Assembly (NCBI GenBank): GCA_047602405.1 | Contig: JASGHJ010000001.1 | Span: 2,304,001-2,368,000, forward strand | Reading direction: 5' to 3' | DNA length: 64,000 nt | DNA from: Anaeromyxobacteraceae bacterium | GTDB lineage: Bacteria > Myxococcota > Myxococcia > Myxococcales > Anaeromyxobacteraceae | In this document: piece by piece, positions 10,478 to 21,528 of the stretch | Layout: every line of letters starts with the position of its first letter | Position numbering within the stretch: the first letter of the stretch is position 1 | The notes under the pieces: model-generated | What the model was told of the DNA's origin: nothing | Seen by the model: only the letters and a program-made list of their open reading frames with translations | Database searches by the model: none | Position numbers and translations under genes: made by a program

Positions 10478-13400
10478 ATGAGCCCGCTCCTCGCGGCCCT
10501 CGTGGCCGGGGCCGTCGCGGTCTCGAACTTCCCCAGGGACGCCGGCGGGCGCATCTCGCGCACCGCCATCCCGGTCGAGCTCCAGGGAGCGCCGGCGGTG
10601 GTGGTCGCCGCCGGCGACCGGCTCGTCGCCTTCCGCGCCGACGGCGCGGTGCTGAGCGGGTTCCCGGTGACCCTCGGCGCGAACGCCGTGGGCGCGCCCG
10701 CCGCCGCGGACATGGACGGCGACGGCAAGCCGGAGGTCGCGGTCGCGACCGAGGACGGCCGGCTCTGGCTCGTGACCGGCGGCGGCCCCGTGCCGGGCTT
10801 CCCGGTGAAGCTCGGCGCCGCGCTGCGCGCCGGCCCCTCGTTCGCCGACGTCGACGGCGACGGCCACCCGGAGGTGCTCGTCGGCGATCCGGCCGGCCGG
10901 GTGCACGCGCTCCGGAGGGACGGCCGCCCCGCGAAGGGCTGGCCCTCCGCCGCGGGCCGCTCGCCGGTGACGACCTCGGTCTCTTCCTCGCGCTTCGCCG
11001 GCGGACCGTCGTTCGCGTACGGCTGCGAGGACGGCCGGGTGCACGTGCTCGACGCGGCCGGCAAGGAGCGGAAGGGCTTCCCGCTCGTCACCGCGTTCAC
11101 CGTCACCGGCGCGCCGGTCTTCGCCGACCTCGACGACGACGGCGAGATCGACCTCCTCGCCGCGAGCCAGGACTTCAAGGTCCACGCCGTCGACGCGCGC
11201 GGCGCGCCGAAGCCGGGCTTCCCGGTGACGACCGCCTACCGCATCTACGAGGGGCCGGCGGTCGGCGACCTCGACGGCGACGGCCGCCTCGACGTGGTGT
11301 TCGCCTCGGCCGACGGCCTCGTGCACGCGGTGTCGAGCGCGGGGAAGCCGCTCCCGGGCTTCCCGGTCCAGGCCGGCGCCCGCACCTTCGGCGCCGCGGT
11401 GCTGGGCGACGTCGATCGCGACGGACGGCTCGAGGTGGTGGTCGCCGGCGGCGACGGCGCGGTGTACGCGTTCGACGCGAGGGGGCAGCCGCTGCCCGGC
11501 TTCCCCGAGCCGCTCGCGGTGAACGACACCACCGCCTCGCCCCTCGTGCTCGACCTCTCGCGCCAGGGCGTCCCGGGCATCTTCCTCGGCCTCGCGAACG
11601 GCAAGCTGCACGCCGTCCGGGTCGCCCGCGCGGGCTCCCAGGCCGCGTCGGCGCCGCCGGCGTGGCCGCAGGCGGGCCGCGACCCTGCCCAGACGGCGCG
11701 CTTCGGCCCGAATCCGCCCGTGTACAAGGACCTCGCCGTCGCGCCGTCGAAGCCGCGCGTGACGGACGGGCTCGCCGCCAGCTGGAAGGTGTTCTGGCTC
11801 GACGCGCGGCCGGGCGAGGAGCCTGCTCCGCCCAGGATCGAGTGGCGCCGGAACGGGAAGGCCGTGCCCGCCCACGACGGGAGGCGCGAGGTCCCGGTCG
11901 GCGCGCTCCGCAGGGGCGAGACCTGGAGGTTCGTGCTCACCGGCCCGGGTGGGAAGACGTTCGAGGGGCCGGACACGCTCGTGCTCGACTCGGCGCCCGG
12001 CGAGGCGGCGGTCGCGATCGAGCCCGCCCGGCCGAGCCGCGCGCAGCCGGCCCGCGCGAGGATCACCGCGCCGGCGCCCGACGCCGACGGCGATCCGGTC
12101 GCCTACCGCATCCAGTGGCTCCTCGACGGCGTCGACACCGGGGTGACCGGCGAGGTGTTCCCGGCCGATCGGCTCAGGAAGGGCGCGCTCCTCGGCGCGC
12201 GGGTCGTCGCGAGCGACGGCGAGCTCGACGGCGCGCCGGCCCTCGGCGTGGCGCGCGTGGTCGACACGCCGCCCGGCGCGCTCGCGGCCTCGCTCGAGCC
12301 CGCCGAGCCGGGCCGCGCCGAGGCCGTCCGCGTGAGGATCGACCGGCCCGCCGAGGACGTCGACGGCGACCCGCTCACGTACCGGCTCGCGTGGAAGGTG
12401 GGGGGCGTCGCGCGCAACCTCCCCGCCGGCACCATGGAGCTGCCCGCCGGCCAGTTCAGGAAGCACGAGGTCCTCGAGGTCGAGGTCCGCGCGTTCGACG
12501 GCGAGCTCGAGGGCCCGCCCACGATCGCCCGCGCGACCGCGCGCAACACGCCGCCCGGGGCGGGGGCGGTGCGGATCACCCCGGCCGCCCCGCGGCGCGG
12601 CGATCCCCTGCGCGCGGTGCTCACCCAGGGCGCCGAGGACGTGGACGCCGACCTCCTCTCGTACCGCTACGCCTGGACGAAGAACGGCGCGCCGCTCGCG
12701 GTGCCGGGGGACGGCCGCGAGGTGCCGGCGAAGGAGGTCGCCCGCGGCGACCGCTTCCGGGTCTCGGCGGTGGCGCTCGACGGCGAGGCCGAGGGGCCGC
12801 CCGCGACCGCCGAGGCCACCGTGGGCAACACGCCGCCCGAGGCGCCGCGCATCGCGGTCGAGCCCGCCCGCCCGCGGGGCGGCGAGACCCTGACCGTGAA
12901 GGTCCTCGAGCCCGCGCGGGACCCGGACGGCGATCCGGTGAAGCTCGCCGTCGCGTGGGCCCGCGACGGGCGCCCGACCGGCGACGGGGGCGAGGCGCTG
13001 CCGCCCACCGCGTTCAAGAAGGGCGAGCGCGTCCGCGTCACGGTGACGCCCTCCGACGGCACCGACCCGGGCCCGCCCGCCGCCTTCGAGGTCCGCGTCG
13101 AGAACGCGGTCCCCGGCGCGCCGAGGGTGGCGCTCGAGCCGGCCCGGCCCGCCGTGACCGCGCCGCTCCGCGCCGTGCTCGCCGAGCAGGCGAAGGACGC
13201 CGACGGCGACGCGCTCCGCTACCGGTACCGCTGGACGCGGGACGGCCTGCCGTTCGCGCTGCCCGACGGCAGCGAAGGCTCGCAGCGGCCGCCGTACTGG
13301 ACCTCCACCACCGAGGTGCCCGCGAAGGAGCTTCACAAGGGGCAGCGCTGGGCCGTCGAGGTGCAGGCGGGCGACGGCGAGGCGTTCGGCCCGTCGGCCG

Positions 13401-15184
13401 TCGCCGACGCGACCGTCGTGAACAGCCCGCCGCCGCAGCCCGCGGTCGCGCTGCGCCCCGACCGGCCCCGCCGCATGGACGGCCTCCTCGCCGAGGTGAA
13501 GCAGCCGCCCGACGCCGACGGCGACGTGCTCACGCTCCGCTACACCTGGACGCGCGACGGCCAGAGGGTCGACGTCCCGCCGGACGAGGCGCAGATCGCG
13601 CGCGGCACGCCCCGGCGCGGCCAGCGCTGGGCGGTCGAGGTCGTCGCGCTCGACGGCGAGGCCGAGTCGGCGCCCGCGCGCGCCGAGGTGGTCATCGCCG
13701 ACACGCCGCCCGGCCCGGTGGGCGTCGCGCTCTGCGAGCACGCCACCGGCGGCACGGTGCCGACGGGCACGGTCCCCGAGGTCCGGGTGACGCGGCCCGC
13801 GACCGACGCCGACGGGGACGCGATCAGCTACCGCCACGAATGGACCGTCGACGGCCGCCCGCAGGCCTCGGCCTCCGGCCAGACCCGGCTCGCCGGCCCG
13901 CGCGGCAAGCACGACGTCGTGCGGGTGACGGTGACGCCGTGGGACGGCGAGCTCGCCGGGCCGCCGGCGGGCGCCGAGTGCACGTTCCGCAACACGCCCC
14001 CGACGACGCCCGCCATCGCGCTCGAGCCCGCGGAGCCCACCGCGCTCACGGGCGTCACGGTCTCGATCCGCCGGCCCTCGACCGACCTCGACGACGACCC
14101 CGTGAGCTACCGGTACGCCTGGACGCGCAACGGTGTCCCCGCCGCGTTCGAGGGCGCGACGATCCCGCCGGACACGCTGCGGCACGGCGAGCTGTGGCGG
14201 GTGGTGGTGACGCCGTTCGACGGCGAGCAGGAGGGCGAGCCCGCCGCGCTGTCGGTCGTGGTGAAGAACACCGCGCCGCCCGCGCCCACGGTGCTGCTCA
14301 CGCCGGCGACGCCCGCCGTGGGCGAGCCGGTGAGCTGCGACGCCCGCGCGCCGGAGCGCGACGCCGACGGCGAGCCGGTGACGCTCGGGTACCAGTGGTT
14401 CAGGGACGGCGCGCTGCAGGCGGTGGGCGAGGGCTCGGCGTCGCTGCCGCGCGGCCTCGTGCGCCGCGGCGAGCGCTGGCGCTGCGAGGCGTGGGCGCAG
14501 GACGGGCAGGGCGGGGTGAGCCCGCGCGGCAAGGCCGAGCTCGTCGTGCGCAACAGCCCGCCGAAGGCGCCCGAGGTCGCGGTCGAGCCCGAGCGCCCGC
14601 GGCGCGAGGACCCCCTCGCGTGCCGCATCGCGGTCGCCTCCGCGGATCCCGACGGCGACGCCGTGACCTACGCCTACGCCTGGACCCGCAACGGCTCGGC
14701 CGTCGCGCCCGGCGCCGACCCCGCGCGCGTCGCGCCACCCGCGCTCGCGAAGGGCGAGCGGTGGCGGTGCAGCGCCACGCCGTCGGACGGCACGCTCGCC
14801 GGCCCCGCCGGCTGGGCCGAGAAGGTCATCGCCAACACGCCGCCCGGCCCGCCGCGCGTGCGCATCGTCCCGGCCGCCCCGAGGGCGGGGCAGGCGCTGC
14901 GGTGCGAGATTGTCACGCCGGGTGTGGACGTGGACGGCGATGTGGTCCGGTATCGCTGGCGCTGGCAGAAGAACGGCTCGGTCCAGCCGTTCGCCGAGAG
15001 CTCTCAGGAGGTTCCGTCACGTCTGGTGCGGCCCGGGGATCGCTGGCGCTGCACGGCGACCCCGACCGACGGGGTGGACCTGGGCCCTGAAGGGGGTAGC
15101 GAGGAAGTGACCGTGCCAGGCGGTCCAACCGGGCCTGCGATCAGCGTTTCGGACGGGCTCTCCGCCGAGCGCCCCTCGCGTTGA
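10478..15184 (+). CDS. Large secreted FG-GAP beta-propeller + ~12 tandem Ig-like (DxDGD) repeat protein, putative adhesin
   Basis: Hydrophobic N-terminus; FG-GAP Ca motifs (DMDGDGKPEV, DVDGDGHPEV, DLDDDGEIDL, DLDGDGRLDV, DVDRDGRLEV); then ~95-aa repeats NxPP...DxDGD..Y...W..DG. Confidence 0.85.
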   Translation: MSPLLAALVAGAVAVSNFPRDAGGRISRTAIPVELQGAPAVVVAAGDRLVAFRADGAVLSGFPVTLGANAVGAPAAADMDGDGKPEVAVATEDGRLWLVTGGGPVPGFPVKLGAALRAGPSFADVDGDGHPEVLVGDPAGRVHALRRDGRPAKGWPSAAGRSPVTTSVSSSRFAGGPSFAYGCEDGRVHVLDAAGKERKGFPLVTAFTVTGAPVFADLDDDGEIDLLAASQDFKVHAVDARGAPKPGFPVTTAYRIYEGPAVGDLDGDGRLDVVFASADGLVHAVSSAGKPLPGFPVQAGARTFGAAVLGDVDRDGRLEVVVAGGDGAVYAFDARGQPLPGFPEPLAVNDTTASPLVLDLSRQGVPGIFLGLANGKLHAVRVARAGSQAASAPPAWPQAGRDPAQTARFGPNPPVYKDLAVAPSKPRVTDGLAASWKVFWLDARPGEEPAPPRIEWRRNGKAVPAHDGRREVPVGALRRGETWRFVLTGPGGKTFEGPDTLVLDSAPGEAAVAIEPARPSRAQPARARITAPAPDADGDPVAYRIQWLLDGVDTGVTGEVFPADRLRKGALLGARVVASDGELDGAPALGVARVVDTPPGALAASLEPAEPGRAEAVRVRIDRPAEDVDGDPLTYRLAWKVGGVARNLPAGTMELPAGQFRKHEVLEVEVRAFDGELEGPPTIARATARNTPPGAGAVRITPAAPRRGDPLRAVLTQGAEDVDADLLSYRYAWTKNGAPLAVPGDGREVPAKEVARGDRFRVSAVALDGEAEGPPATAEATVGNTPPEAPRIAVEPARPRGGETLTVKVLEPARDPDGDPVKLAVAWARDGRPTGDGGEALPPTAFKKGERVRVTVTPSDGTDPGPPAAFEVRVENAVPGAPRVALEPARPAVTAPLRAVLAEQAKDADGDALRYRYRWTRDGLPFALPDGSEGSQRPPYWTSTTEVPAKELHKGQRWAVEVQAGDGEAFGPSAVADATVVNSPPPQPAVALRPDRPRRMDGLLAEVKQPPDADGDVLTLRYTWTRDGQRVDVPPDEAQIARGTPRRGQRWAVEVVALDGEAESAPARAEVVIADTPPGPVGVALCEHATGGTVPTGTVPEVRVTRPATDADGDAISYRHEWTVDGRPQASASGQTRLAGPRGKHDVVRVTVTPWDGELAGPPAGAECTFRNTPPTTPAIALEPAEPTALTGVTVSIRRPSTDLDDDPVSYRYAWTRNGVPAAFEGATIPPDTLRHGELWRVVVTPFDGEQEGEPAALSVVVKNTAPPAPTVLLTPATPAVGEPVSCDARAPERDADGEPVTLGYQWFRDGALQAVGEGSASLPRGLVRRGERWRCEAWAQDGQGGVSPRGKAELVVRNSPPKAPEVAVEPERPRREDPLACRIAVASADPDGDAVTYAYAWTRNGSAVAPGADPARVAPPALAKGERWRCSATPSDGTLAGPAGWAEKVIANTPPGPPRVRIVPAAPRAGQALRCEIVTPGVDVDGDVVRYRWRWQKNGSVQPFAESSQEVPSRLVRPGDRWRCTATPTDGVDLGPEGGSEEVTVPGGPTGPAISVSDGLSAERPSR

Positions 15185-15209
15185 CTGCCCGGCGGCAACC
15201 TAGTACGTT
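15181..15209 (+). promoter_or_regulatory. Putative sigma70-type promoter for the downstream three-gene export module
   Basis: TTGACT (15181-15186), 17-bp spacer, TACGTT (15204-15209) in a locally AT-richer stretch. Confidence 0.55.
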
Positions 15210-15256
15210 ATCTAGGCTTTTTCCGTTCCCAGCGCCGCCCCTCCGGAGCCGATCAC

Positions 15257-15880
15257 GTGAACCGCAGATTCACAGTGGCCGCCGTCGTCGCGCTCGCGCT
15301 CGCCAGCGAGGCACGGGCGCAGAAGGCGCCGCCGTCCGCGCCCCCGCAGGCACCGCCCGCGCGCACGGTCGGAGGGTCCCCTTCGACCCCGAAGGCGACG
15401 CCGGCGGGCCCGGGCGGGAAGGTGCTCTCCGACTCGGAGAAGGTCGAGAAGGCTTCCGAGTACGTGGCGAAGATGAAGGCCGCGATGAAGGCGGTCCTCA
15501 CCCGCGTCGAGGACGCGCGGAACGAGAAGGACGTCGTGAAGCTGAACTGCGTGAACGAGAAGCTCACGCAGGTGAAGGGGCTCCTCAAGGTCGCCGAGCA
15601 GGCCGACGTCGCGCTCTCCGAGGCGATCGCGCGCAAGGACGAGGCGGCCGACACCGAGTTCCAGAAGATCACGATGGCGCGCTCCAAGATCGAGGCGCTG
15701 CGCGGCGAGGCCGACCAGTGCATCGGCCAGCTCGCCTACGTCGTCGACAGCGAGACCTCGGTCGAGGTGCAGCAGCCCGACAACCTCGCGGGCCTCGACG
15801 TCACCCGCCGCCAGCCGCCCCCCGAGCCGGTCGTCACCCCACCCGTCGTGCGACGGCCGCCCGCGAGCCGCTGGTACTGA
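15257..15880 (+). CDS. Secreted helical hypothetical protein
   Basis: Signal peptide (A-R-A), Pro-rich linker, helical core [14 protein letters not shown]...ADQCIG with two Cys. Confidence 0.8.
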   Translation: MNRRFTVAAVVALALASEARAQKAPPSAPPQAPPARTVGGSPSTPKATPAGPGGKVLSDSEKVEKASEYVAKMKAAMKAVLTRVEDARNEKDVVKLNCVNEKLTQVKGLLKVAEQADVALSEAIARKDEAADTEFQKITMARSKIEALRGEADQCIGQLAYVVDSETSVEVQQPDNLAGLDVTRRQPPPEPVVTPPVVRRPPASRWY

Positions 15881-15885
15881 GCCCG

Positions 15886-17109
15886 ATGAAGCCTACCGGC
15901 CCGCGCCTCCTCGGCGCGCTCGTCGCCCTCGTGGCCCTCTCGCTCCCGGGCCCGGCCTCGGCCACGCCGGGGAACGGGATCCGCCTGGGCGGCTCCGACG
16001 GGCGGCTGCACCCGTACTTCGAGCTCGAGAGCCGCTGGGACTCGAACGCGCAGTTCCAGACCTCCGGGCAGGGCGCCCTCGTGATGCACCTGCGCCCCGG
16101 CTTCTCGATCGCCTCGCCGGGCGACCTCATCGCGCTCGACGGCGACGCGCGCCTCGACTGGGCGCAGTACCTCACCGGCGAGGACACCTCGAAGCTCTCC
16201 CGGCTCTTCGCCGACGTGTCGCTCGGCGTGGGCGTGAACCGCAAGGGCACGCTCGGCTTCGAGCTCAAGGACGACTTCCAGCGCAGCACCACCACCGCGT
16301 CGCTGACGTTCGGGTCCGCGGTCATCTCGAACCGCAACAACCTCGACCTCTCCATCCCGTGGCGCCCCGGCGGCGGGGCCCTCGCCGTCACCGCGCTCGG
16401 CAGCTGGAAGCTCGAGACCTTCGCGCCGTACTCCGACTGCCTCGACATCACCGACGCGTCCTGCTCGACGCAGGAGCTGAGGGACCTCGGCTACAACGAC
16501 CTGCGCGCCGGGGTCGAGGCGAAGTGGCGCTTCCTGCCCCGCACCGCGGCCGTGATCGACGGCAGCTACTCGGTGCGCATGCCGAACAGCACGAGGTCCT
16601 CGACCCAGGTCACCGGCTGGCGCGCGGACGCCGGCGTGCAGGGCCTCATCACCGCCCACCTCGCCGCGACGCTGAAGGGCGGCTGGGGCAGCGCGTCCGG
16701 CGGCGGCGGCCTCGGCACCTGGCTCGCCACGGGCGAGCTCGAGTGGCTGCCGACCGTGACGACCTCGGCGCGCGTCGGCTACGTGCACGACTGGGGCACC
16801 GACCCGGGCACGCCGTTCTCGCTCTACGGCACGCACCGCGTCTACGTGATGGGCAACATGCTCCTCGCCGGCCGCCTCACCGCCGGCCTGAAGGGGCAGC
16901 TCGAGTCGCTCTCCTTCCACAGCACGAGCGGCACGAACGTCATCTACCGGCTCGAGCCCACGCTCGACTACGCGCTCGCGCGGTGGGGCACGCTGGGGCT
17001 CGGCTACACGCTCTCCCACCGGAAGGCCGACGTGCCGAACGTGCCGACCGGCTACGCCTACGACTTCACGAAGCAGGAGCTGTGGCTCAAGTTCCGCTTC
17101 ACGTATTGA
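15886..17109 (+). CDS. Outer-membrane beta-barrel, Wzp-like polysaccharide-secretion porin
   Basis: Signal peptide, alternating beta-strand pattern, C-terminal aromatic residue (LWLKFRFTY); immediately upstream of an OPX gene. Confidence 0.75.
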   Translation: MKPTGPRLLGALVALVALSLPGPASATPGNGIRLGGSDGRLHPYFELESRWDSNAQFQTSGQGALVMHLRPGFSIASPGDLIALDGDARLDWAQYLTGEDTSKLSRLFADVSLGVGVNRKGTLGFELKDDFQRSTTTASLTFGSAVISNRNNLDLSIPWRPGGGALAVTALGSWKLETFAPYSDCLDITDASCSTQELRDLGYNDLRAGVEAKWRFLPRTAAVIDGSYSVRMPNSTRSSTQVTGWRADAGVQGLITAHLAATLKGGWGSASGGGGLGTWLATGELEWLPTVTTSARVGYVHDWGTDPGTPFSLYGTHRVYVMGNMLLAGRLTAGLKGQLESLSFHSTSGTNVIYRLEPTLDYALARWGTLGLGYTLSHRKADVPNVPTGYAYDFTKQELWLKFRFTY

Positions 17110-17111
17110 CC

Positions 17112-17711
17112 ATGAACGTCAGGACGCTGGCTTTACTCGCGGTCGCTCTCGCCGGCTGCGCGCACCGCTCCGCCGAGCTCCCCGCCTCGACGCCGGCCTC
17201 CGAGGCCGCCGCGGCGCTGGCCGCGACCTCGCTCGGGCCGGGCGACGTGTTCGAGGTCCGCGTCTACGGCGAGCCCGAGCTCACCGGCATGTACCAGGTG
17301 GGCGCGGACGGGGCGGTCGTCTTCCCGCTCTGCCAGCGGGTGGAGGTGGGCGGGCTCGCCCCCAACGACGCCGCCGGCCGCATCCGCAAGTGCCTCGCCG
17401 AGCGCTTCATCCGCGACCCGCAGGTCACGGTGATGGTGAAGGAGTACAACTCGAAGAAGGTGTTCGTGTTCGGCGAGGTGCAGAAGCCCGGCACGTTCAC
17501 CTACGAGGACGGCATGTCGATCGTGCAGGCCGTCACGCTCGCGGGCGGGTTCACCAAGACCGCCGCGCAGAACTCCACCTCCGTCACGCGGCGCGTGAAC
17601 GGCACCGAGCAGAAGATCCGGGTCACCGTGCAGGACATCGCGCTCGGCAAGGCGCCGAACTTCACGCTCGAGCCGGGCGACATCGTGTTCGTGCCGGAGA
17701 GTCTCTTCTGA
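17112..17711 (+). CDS. wza: Polysaccharide export OPX/Wza-family lipoprotein (short form)
   Basis: LAGC lipobox, Poly_export motif [23 protein letters not shown] domain [11 protein letters not shown]...AVTLAGGF, ends [14 protein letters not shown]. Confidence 0.9.
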   Translation: MNVRTLALLAVALAGCAHRSAELPASTPASEAAAALAATSLGPGDVFEVRVYGEPELTGMYQVGADGAVVFPLCQRVEVGGLAPNDAAGRIRKCLAERFIRDPQVTVMVKEYNSKKVFVFGEVQKPGTFTYEDGMSIVQAVTLAGGFTKTAAQNSTSVTRRVNGTEQKIRVTVQDIALGKAPNFTLEPGDIVFVPESLF

Positions 17712-17716
17712 GTTCC

Positions 17717-17759
17717 GAGGGGGCGTAGCCCCCTCCCCGTGGAGCGAAGCTCCACGGGG
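17717..17759. repeat. Two tandem GC-rich hairpins (terminator or REP-like)
   Basis: gagggggc-gta-gccccctc and ccccgtggagc-gaa-gctccacgggg directly after the wza stop. Confidence 0.6.
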
Positions 17760-17800
17760 CCCCTCCCCGGATCTGCTCCGCTGCGCTTCGCAGGGGGTCC

Positions 17801-18529
17801 ATGCGCGTCCCGCTCCGCACCCTCGCCGCGATCGAGCGCGACGTCGTCGGGTGCCGCGCGTGCCCGCGGCTCGTGCGCTGGCGCGAGGAGGTCGCGCGCG
17901 TCAAGCGGCGGGCGTACCGGGAAGAGGAGTACTGGGGCCGGCCGGTGCCGGGCTTCGGCGATCCCGCGGCGCGCGTCGTGCTCGTGGGGCTCGCGCCCGG
18001 CGCGCACGGCGCGAACCGCACCGGGCGCATGTTCACCGGCGACGGCACGGGCGACTTCCTCTACGCGGCGCTCAACCGGGCCGGGCTCGCCTCGCAGGCC
18101 TCCGCCGTCTCGCGGGACGACGGCCTCCGGATGCGCGGGGTGTGGCTCACGAACGCCGGGCGGTGCGTGCCTCCGGACAACCGGCCGACGCCGGCCGAGC
18201 TCGCCCGCTGCGCGCCGTTCCTCGACCGCGAGCTCGCGGCGCTGCGGGAGGTGCGGGTCCTCGTCGCGCTCGGGGCCATCGCCTGGGACGCGTGCCTGGG
18301 TGCGCTCGCGCGGGCGGGACACCCGGTGCCGCGGCCCAGGCCCCGGTTCGCGCACGGCGCGGAGGTCCGGCTCGCCTCGGGCGCGCCGCTCCTCCTCGGG
18401 ACCTACCACCCCTCGCGGCAGAACACGCAGACCGGTCGGCTCGTCCCGGCGATGCTGGACGCCGTGATCGCGCGGGCGGCCGCTGAAGCGGGCCTGCCTC
18501 TCGGGCCGGAGACGACATACAGCGGATGA
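17801..18529 (+). CDS. Uracil-DNA glycosylase, family 5 (UdgB-like, Fe-S)
   Basis: CRACPRL, YWGRPVPGFGD, GLAPGAHGANRTGRMFTGD, CVPPDNRP, YHPSRQNT motifs. Confidence 0.92.
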   Translation: MRVPLRTLAAIERDVVGCRACPRLVRWREEVARVKRRAYREEEYWGRPVPGFGDPAARVVLVGLAPGAHGANRTGRMFTGDGTGDFLYAALNRAGLASQASAVSRDDGLRMRGVWLTNAGRCVPPDNRPTPAELARCAPFLDRELAALREVRVLVALGAIAWDACLGALARAGHPVPRPRPRFAHGAEVRLASGAPLLLGTYHPSRQNTQTGRLVPAMLDAVIARAAAEAGLPLGPETTYSG

Positions 18530-18651
18530 AGGTCTTCCGCTCGCCCCGAGCGTAGGCCCGCCGCAGGCGGGCCGGAGACGACATACAGCGGATGAAGGTC
18601 TTCCGTTCGCCCCGAGCGTAGGCCCGCCGCAGGCGGGCCGGAGACGAGGGG
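18502..18651. repeat. 66-bp tandem repeat (~2.2 copies) built from a REP-like hairpin element
   Basis: Units start at 18502, 18568 and 18634 (cgggccggagacga...); each full unit contains cgccccgagcgta-ggcccgcc-gca-ggcgggcc-ggagacga. Confidence 0.9.
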
Positions 18652-18769
18652 CGGCCGCAGGGTGGTCCGCCCCGCGGACCAAGGTCCGCGCCGCGTCCCG
18701 TGGCGATTTCGTGGATCCCCGTGATCCCGCGCCCTTGCCGCTGGCGCGCGGCTTGCTGAACGCGCGTGC

Positions 18770-20287
18770 ATGCTGGTTCGCGTACGCACCGCCGCCGTGC
18801 TCGGCATCTCCGCCGTCCCGGTCGACGTCGAGGTGGAGGCCGTCTTCGGGATGCCGAAGACGACCCTCGTCGGCCTCGTGGGGAAGGCCGTCCAGGAGGC
18901 GTGGATCCGCGTGCTCGCGGCGCTGCGCAACCTCGAGGTCGAGGTCCCCTCACACCGCTACACCATCAACCTCGCGCCCGCCGACCTCCGCAAGGACGGC
19001 ACCGGCTTCGACCTCCCCATCGCCGTCGCGCTCCTCGCCGCGCTCGAGAAGCTCCCCCACGACTTCCTGGAGGGGCTGCACGTCATCGGCGAGCTCGGCC
19101 TCTCCGGCGAGGTGCGGGCGGTGCGGGGCGTCCTGCCGGTCGCCATCGAGGCGCGCCGCGCCCGGGCGCGGATGCTGGTCGTGCCGGAGGGCAACGCGCG
19201 GGAGGCGCTCGTGGTCTCCGGGCTCGACGTGCGCCCGGTGCGCCACATCGGCGAGCTCGTCGCCTGGGCGAACGGCCTCGCGCCGCTGGCGCCGCCGCGG
19301 CTCCTCCCGGGGCACGTGGAGGAGGGGCTGCCCGGGCTCGATCTCGCGGACGTCATCGGCCAGGAGCACGCGAAGCGCGCGCTCGAGGTCTCGGCCGCCG
19401 GCGGGCACGCCATCCTCTTCTTCGGCCCGCCCGGCAGCGGGAAGACCATGCTCGCGCGCCGGCTGCCGGGGCTGCTCCCGCCGATGTCGTTCGACGAGGC
19501 GCTCGAGTCCACCGTGGTGCACAGCGTGGCGGGGCTCCTGCGCGGGCGCGGGCTCCTCGAGGAGCGGCCGTTCCGCGCGCCGCACCACTCCATCAGCGAC
19601 GCCGGCCTCGTCGGCGGGACCGGCGTGCCTCGCCCCGGTGAGCTCTCGCTCGCGCACCGGGGCGTGCTGTTCCTGGACGAGCTGCCCGAGTTCCGCCGGC
19701 ACGTGCTCGAGTGCCTGCGCCAGCCGCTCGAGGACGGGGAGATCACGCTCGCCCGGGCGGGCCGGACCATCACCTACCCCACCGAGGTCCTGCTCGTCGC
19801 CGCGATGAATCCGTGCCCGTGCGGCCACCTCGGCGACCGCAAGCGCTCCTGCCGTTGCACCGCGCACGAGCTCATCGCCTATCGGCGGCGCATCTCCGGT
19901 CCGCTCCTCGATCGCATCGACCTCCACGTGGACGTCCCGGCCCTCCCGGCCCCGGCGCTCGGCACCCCGGCCCAAGGCACCGGCTCCCAGGAGGTCCGCG
20001 CCCGCGTGCTGCGCGCCCGCGCGGTGCAGGGCGAGCGGGTGCGGGCGCCGGGCGCCTGCAACGCGCGCCTGCGCGGCGTGACGCTCCGGAAGTTCTGCGC
20101 GCTCGACGACGCCGGGCGGCACCTCCTCCAGACCGCCGTCGAGAAGCTCGGCCTCTCCGCGCGGGCTCACGACAAGGTCCTGCGCATCGCGCGGACGCTC
20201 GCCGACCTCGAGGGCGCGGACGCGGTGCGGACGGTCCACGTCGCAGAGGCCATCCAGTACCGGGCACTCGACCGGCCCCAGCTGTGA
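18770..20287 (+). CDS. comM: YifB/ComM family Mg-chelatase-like AAA+ ATPase
   Basis: [66 protein letters not shown]. Confidence 0.93.
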   Translation: MLVRVRTAAVLGISAVPVDVEVEAVFGMPKTTLVGLVGKAVQEAWIRVLAALRNLEVEVPSHRYTINLAPADLRKDGTGFDLPIAVALLAALEKLPHDFLEGLHVIGELGLSGEVRAVRGVLPVAIEARRARARMLVVPEGNAREALVVSGLDVRPVRHIGELVAWANGLAPLAPPRLLPGHVEEGLPGLDLADVIGQEHAKRALEVSAAGGHAILFFGPPGSGKTMLARRLPGLLPPMSFDEALESTVVHSVAGLLRGRGLLEERPFRAPHHSISDAGLVGGTGVPRPGELSLAHRGVLFLDELPEFRRHVLECLRQPLEDGEITLARAGRTITYPTEVLLVAAMNPCPCGHLGDRKRSCRCTAHELIAYRRRISGPLLDRIDLHVDVPALPAPALGTPAQGTGSQEVRARVLRARAVQGERVRAPGACNARLRGVTLRKFCALDDAGRHLLQTAVEKLGLSARAHDKVLRIARTLADLEGADAVRTVHVAEAIQYRALDRPQL

Positions 20288-20364
20288 GGCCGAGGCCGCC
20301 ATCCATCCGGACCGACGTCCACCGCCGTGCAACCCCAAACCGCTGCGAGAGAGGTGAAGCCGTG

Positions 20365-21468
<1,104 letters not shown>

Positions 21469-21481
21469 GGTTGGATGGCGG

Positions 21482-21511
21482 GGTGGGGCCATTTGCATCC
21501 GTGGCCCCACC
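21482..21511. terminator. Inverted repeat after recA (terminator or operator)
   Basis: ggtggggcca-N10-tggccccacc. Confidence 0.5.
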
Positions 21512-21528
21512 TCAGGTGAAATCGAGCC

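Noticed and set aside
10418..14185. Long antisense and alternative-frame ORFs (also 25548-28880, 51602-55075, 61098-63875 and others)
   Set aside because: Typical shadows of high-GC3 genes, with no motifs and biased R/G/A/P composition.
18502..18651. Possible CRISPR mini-array
   Set aside because: The 'spacers' are identical, there are only ~2 units and no cas genes; it is a tandem REP-like duplication.
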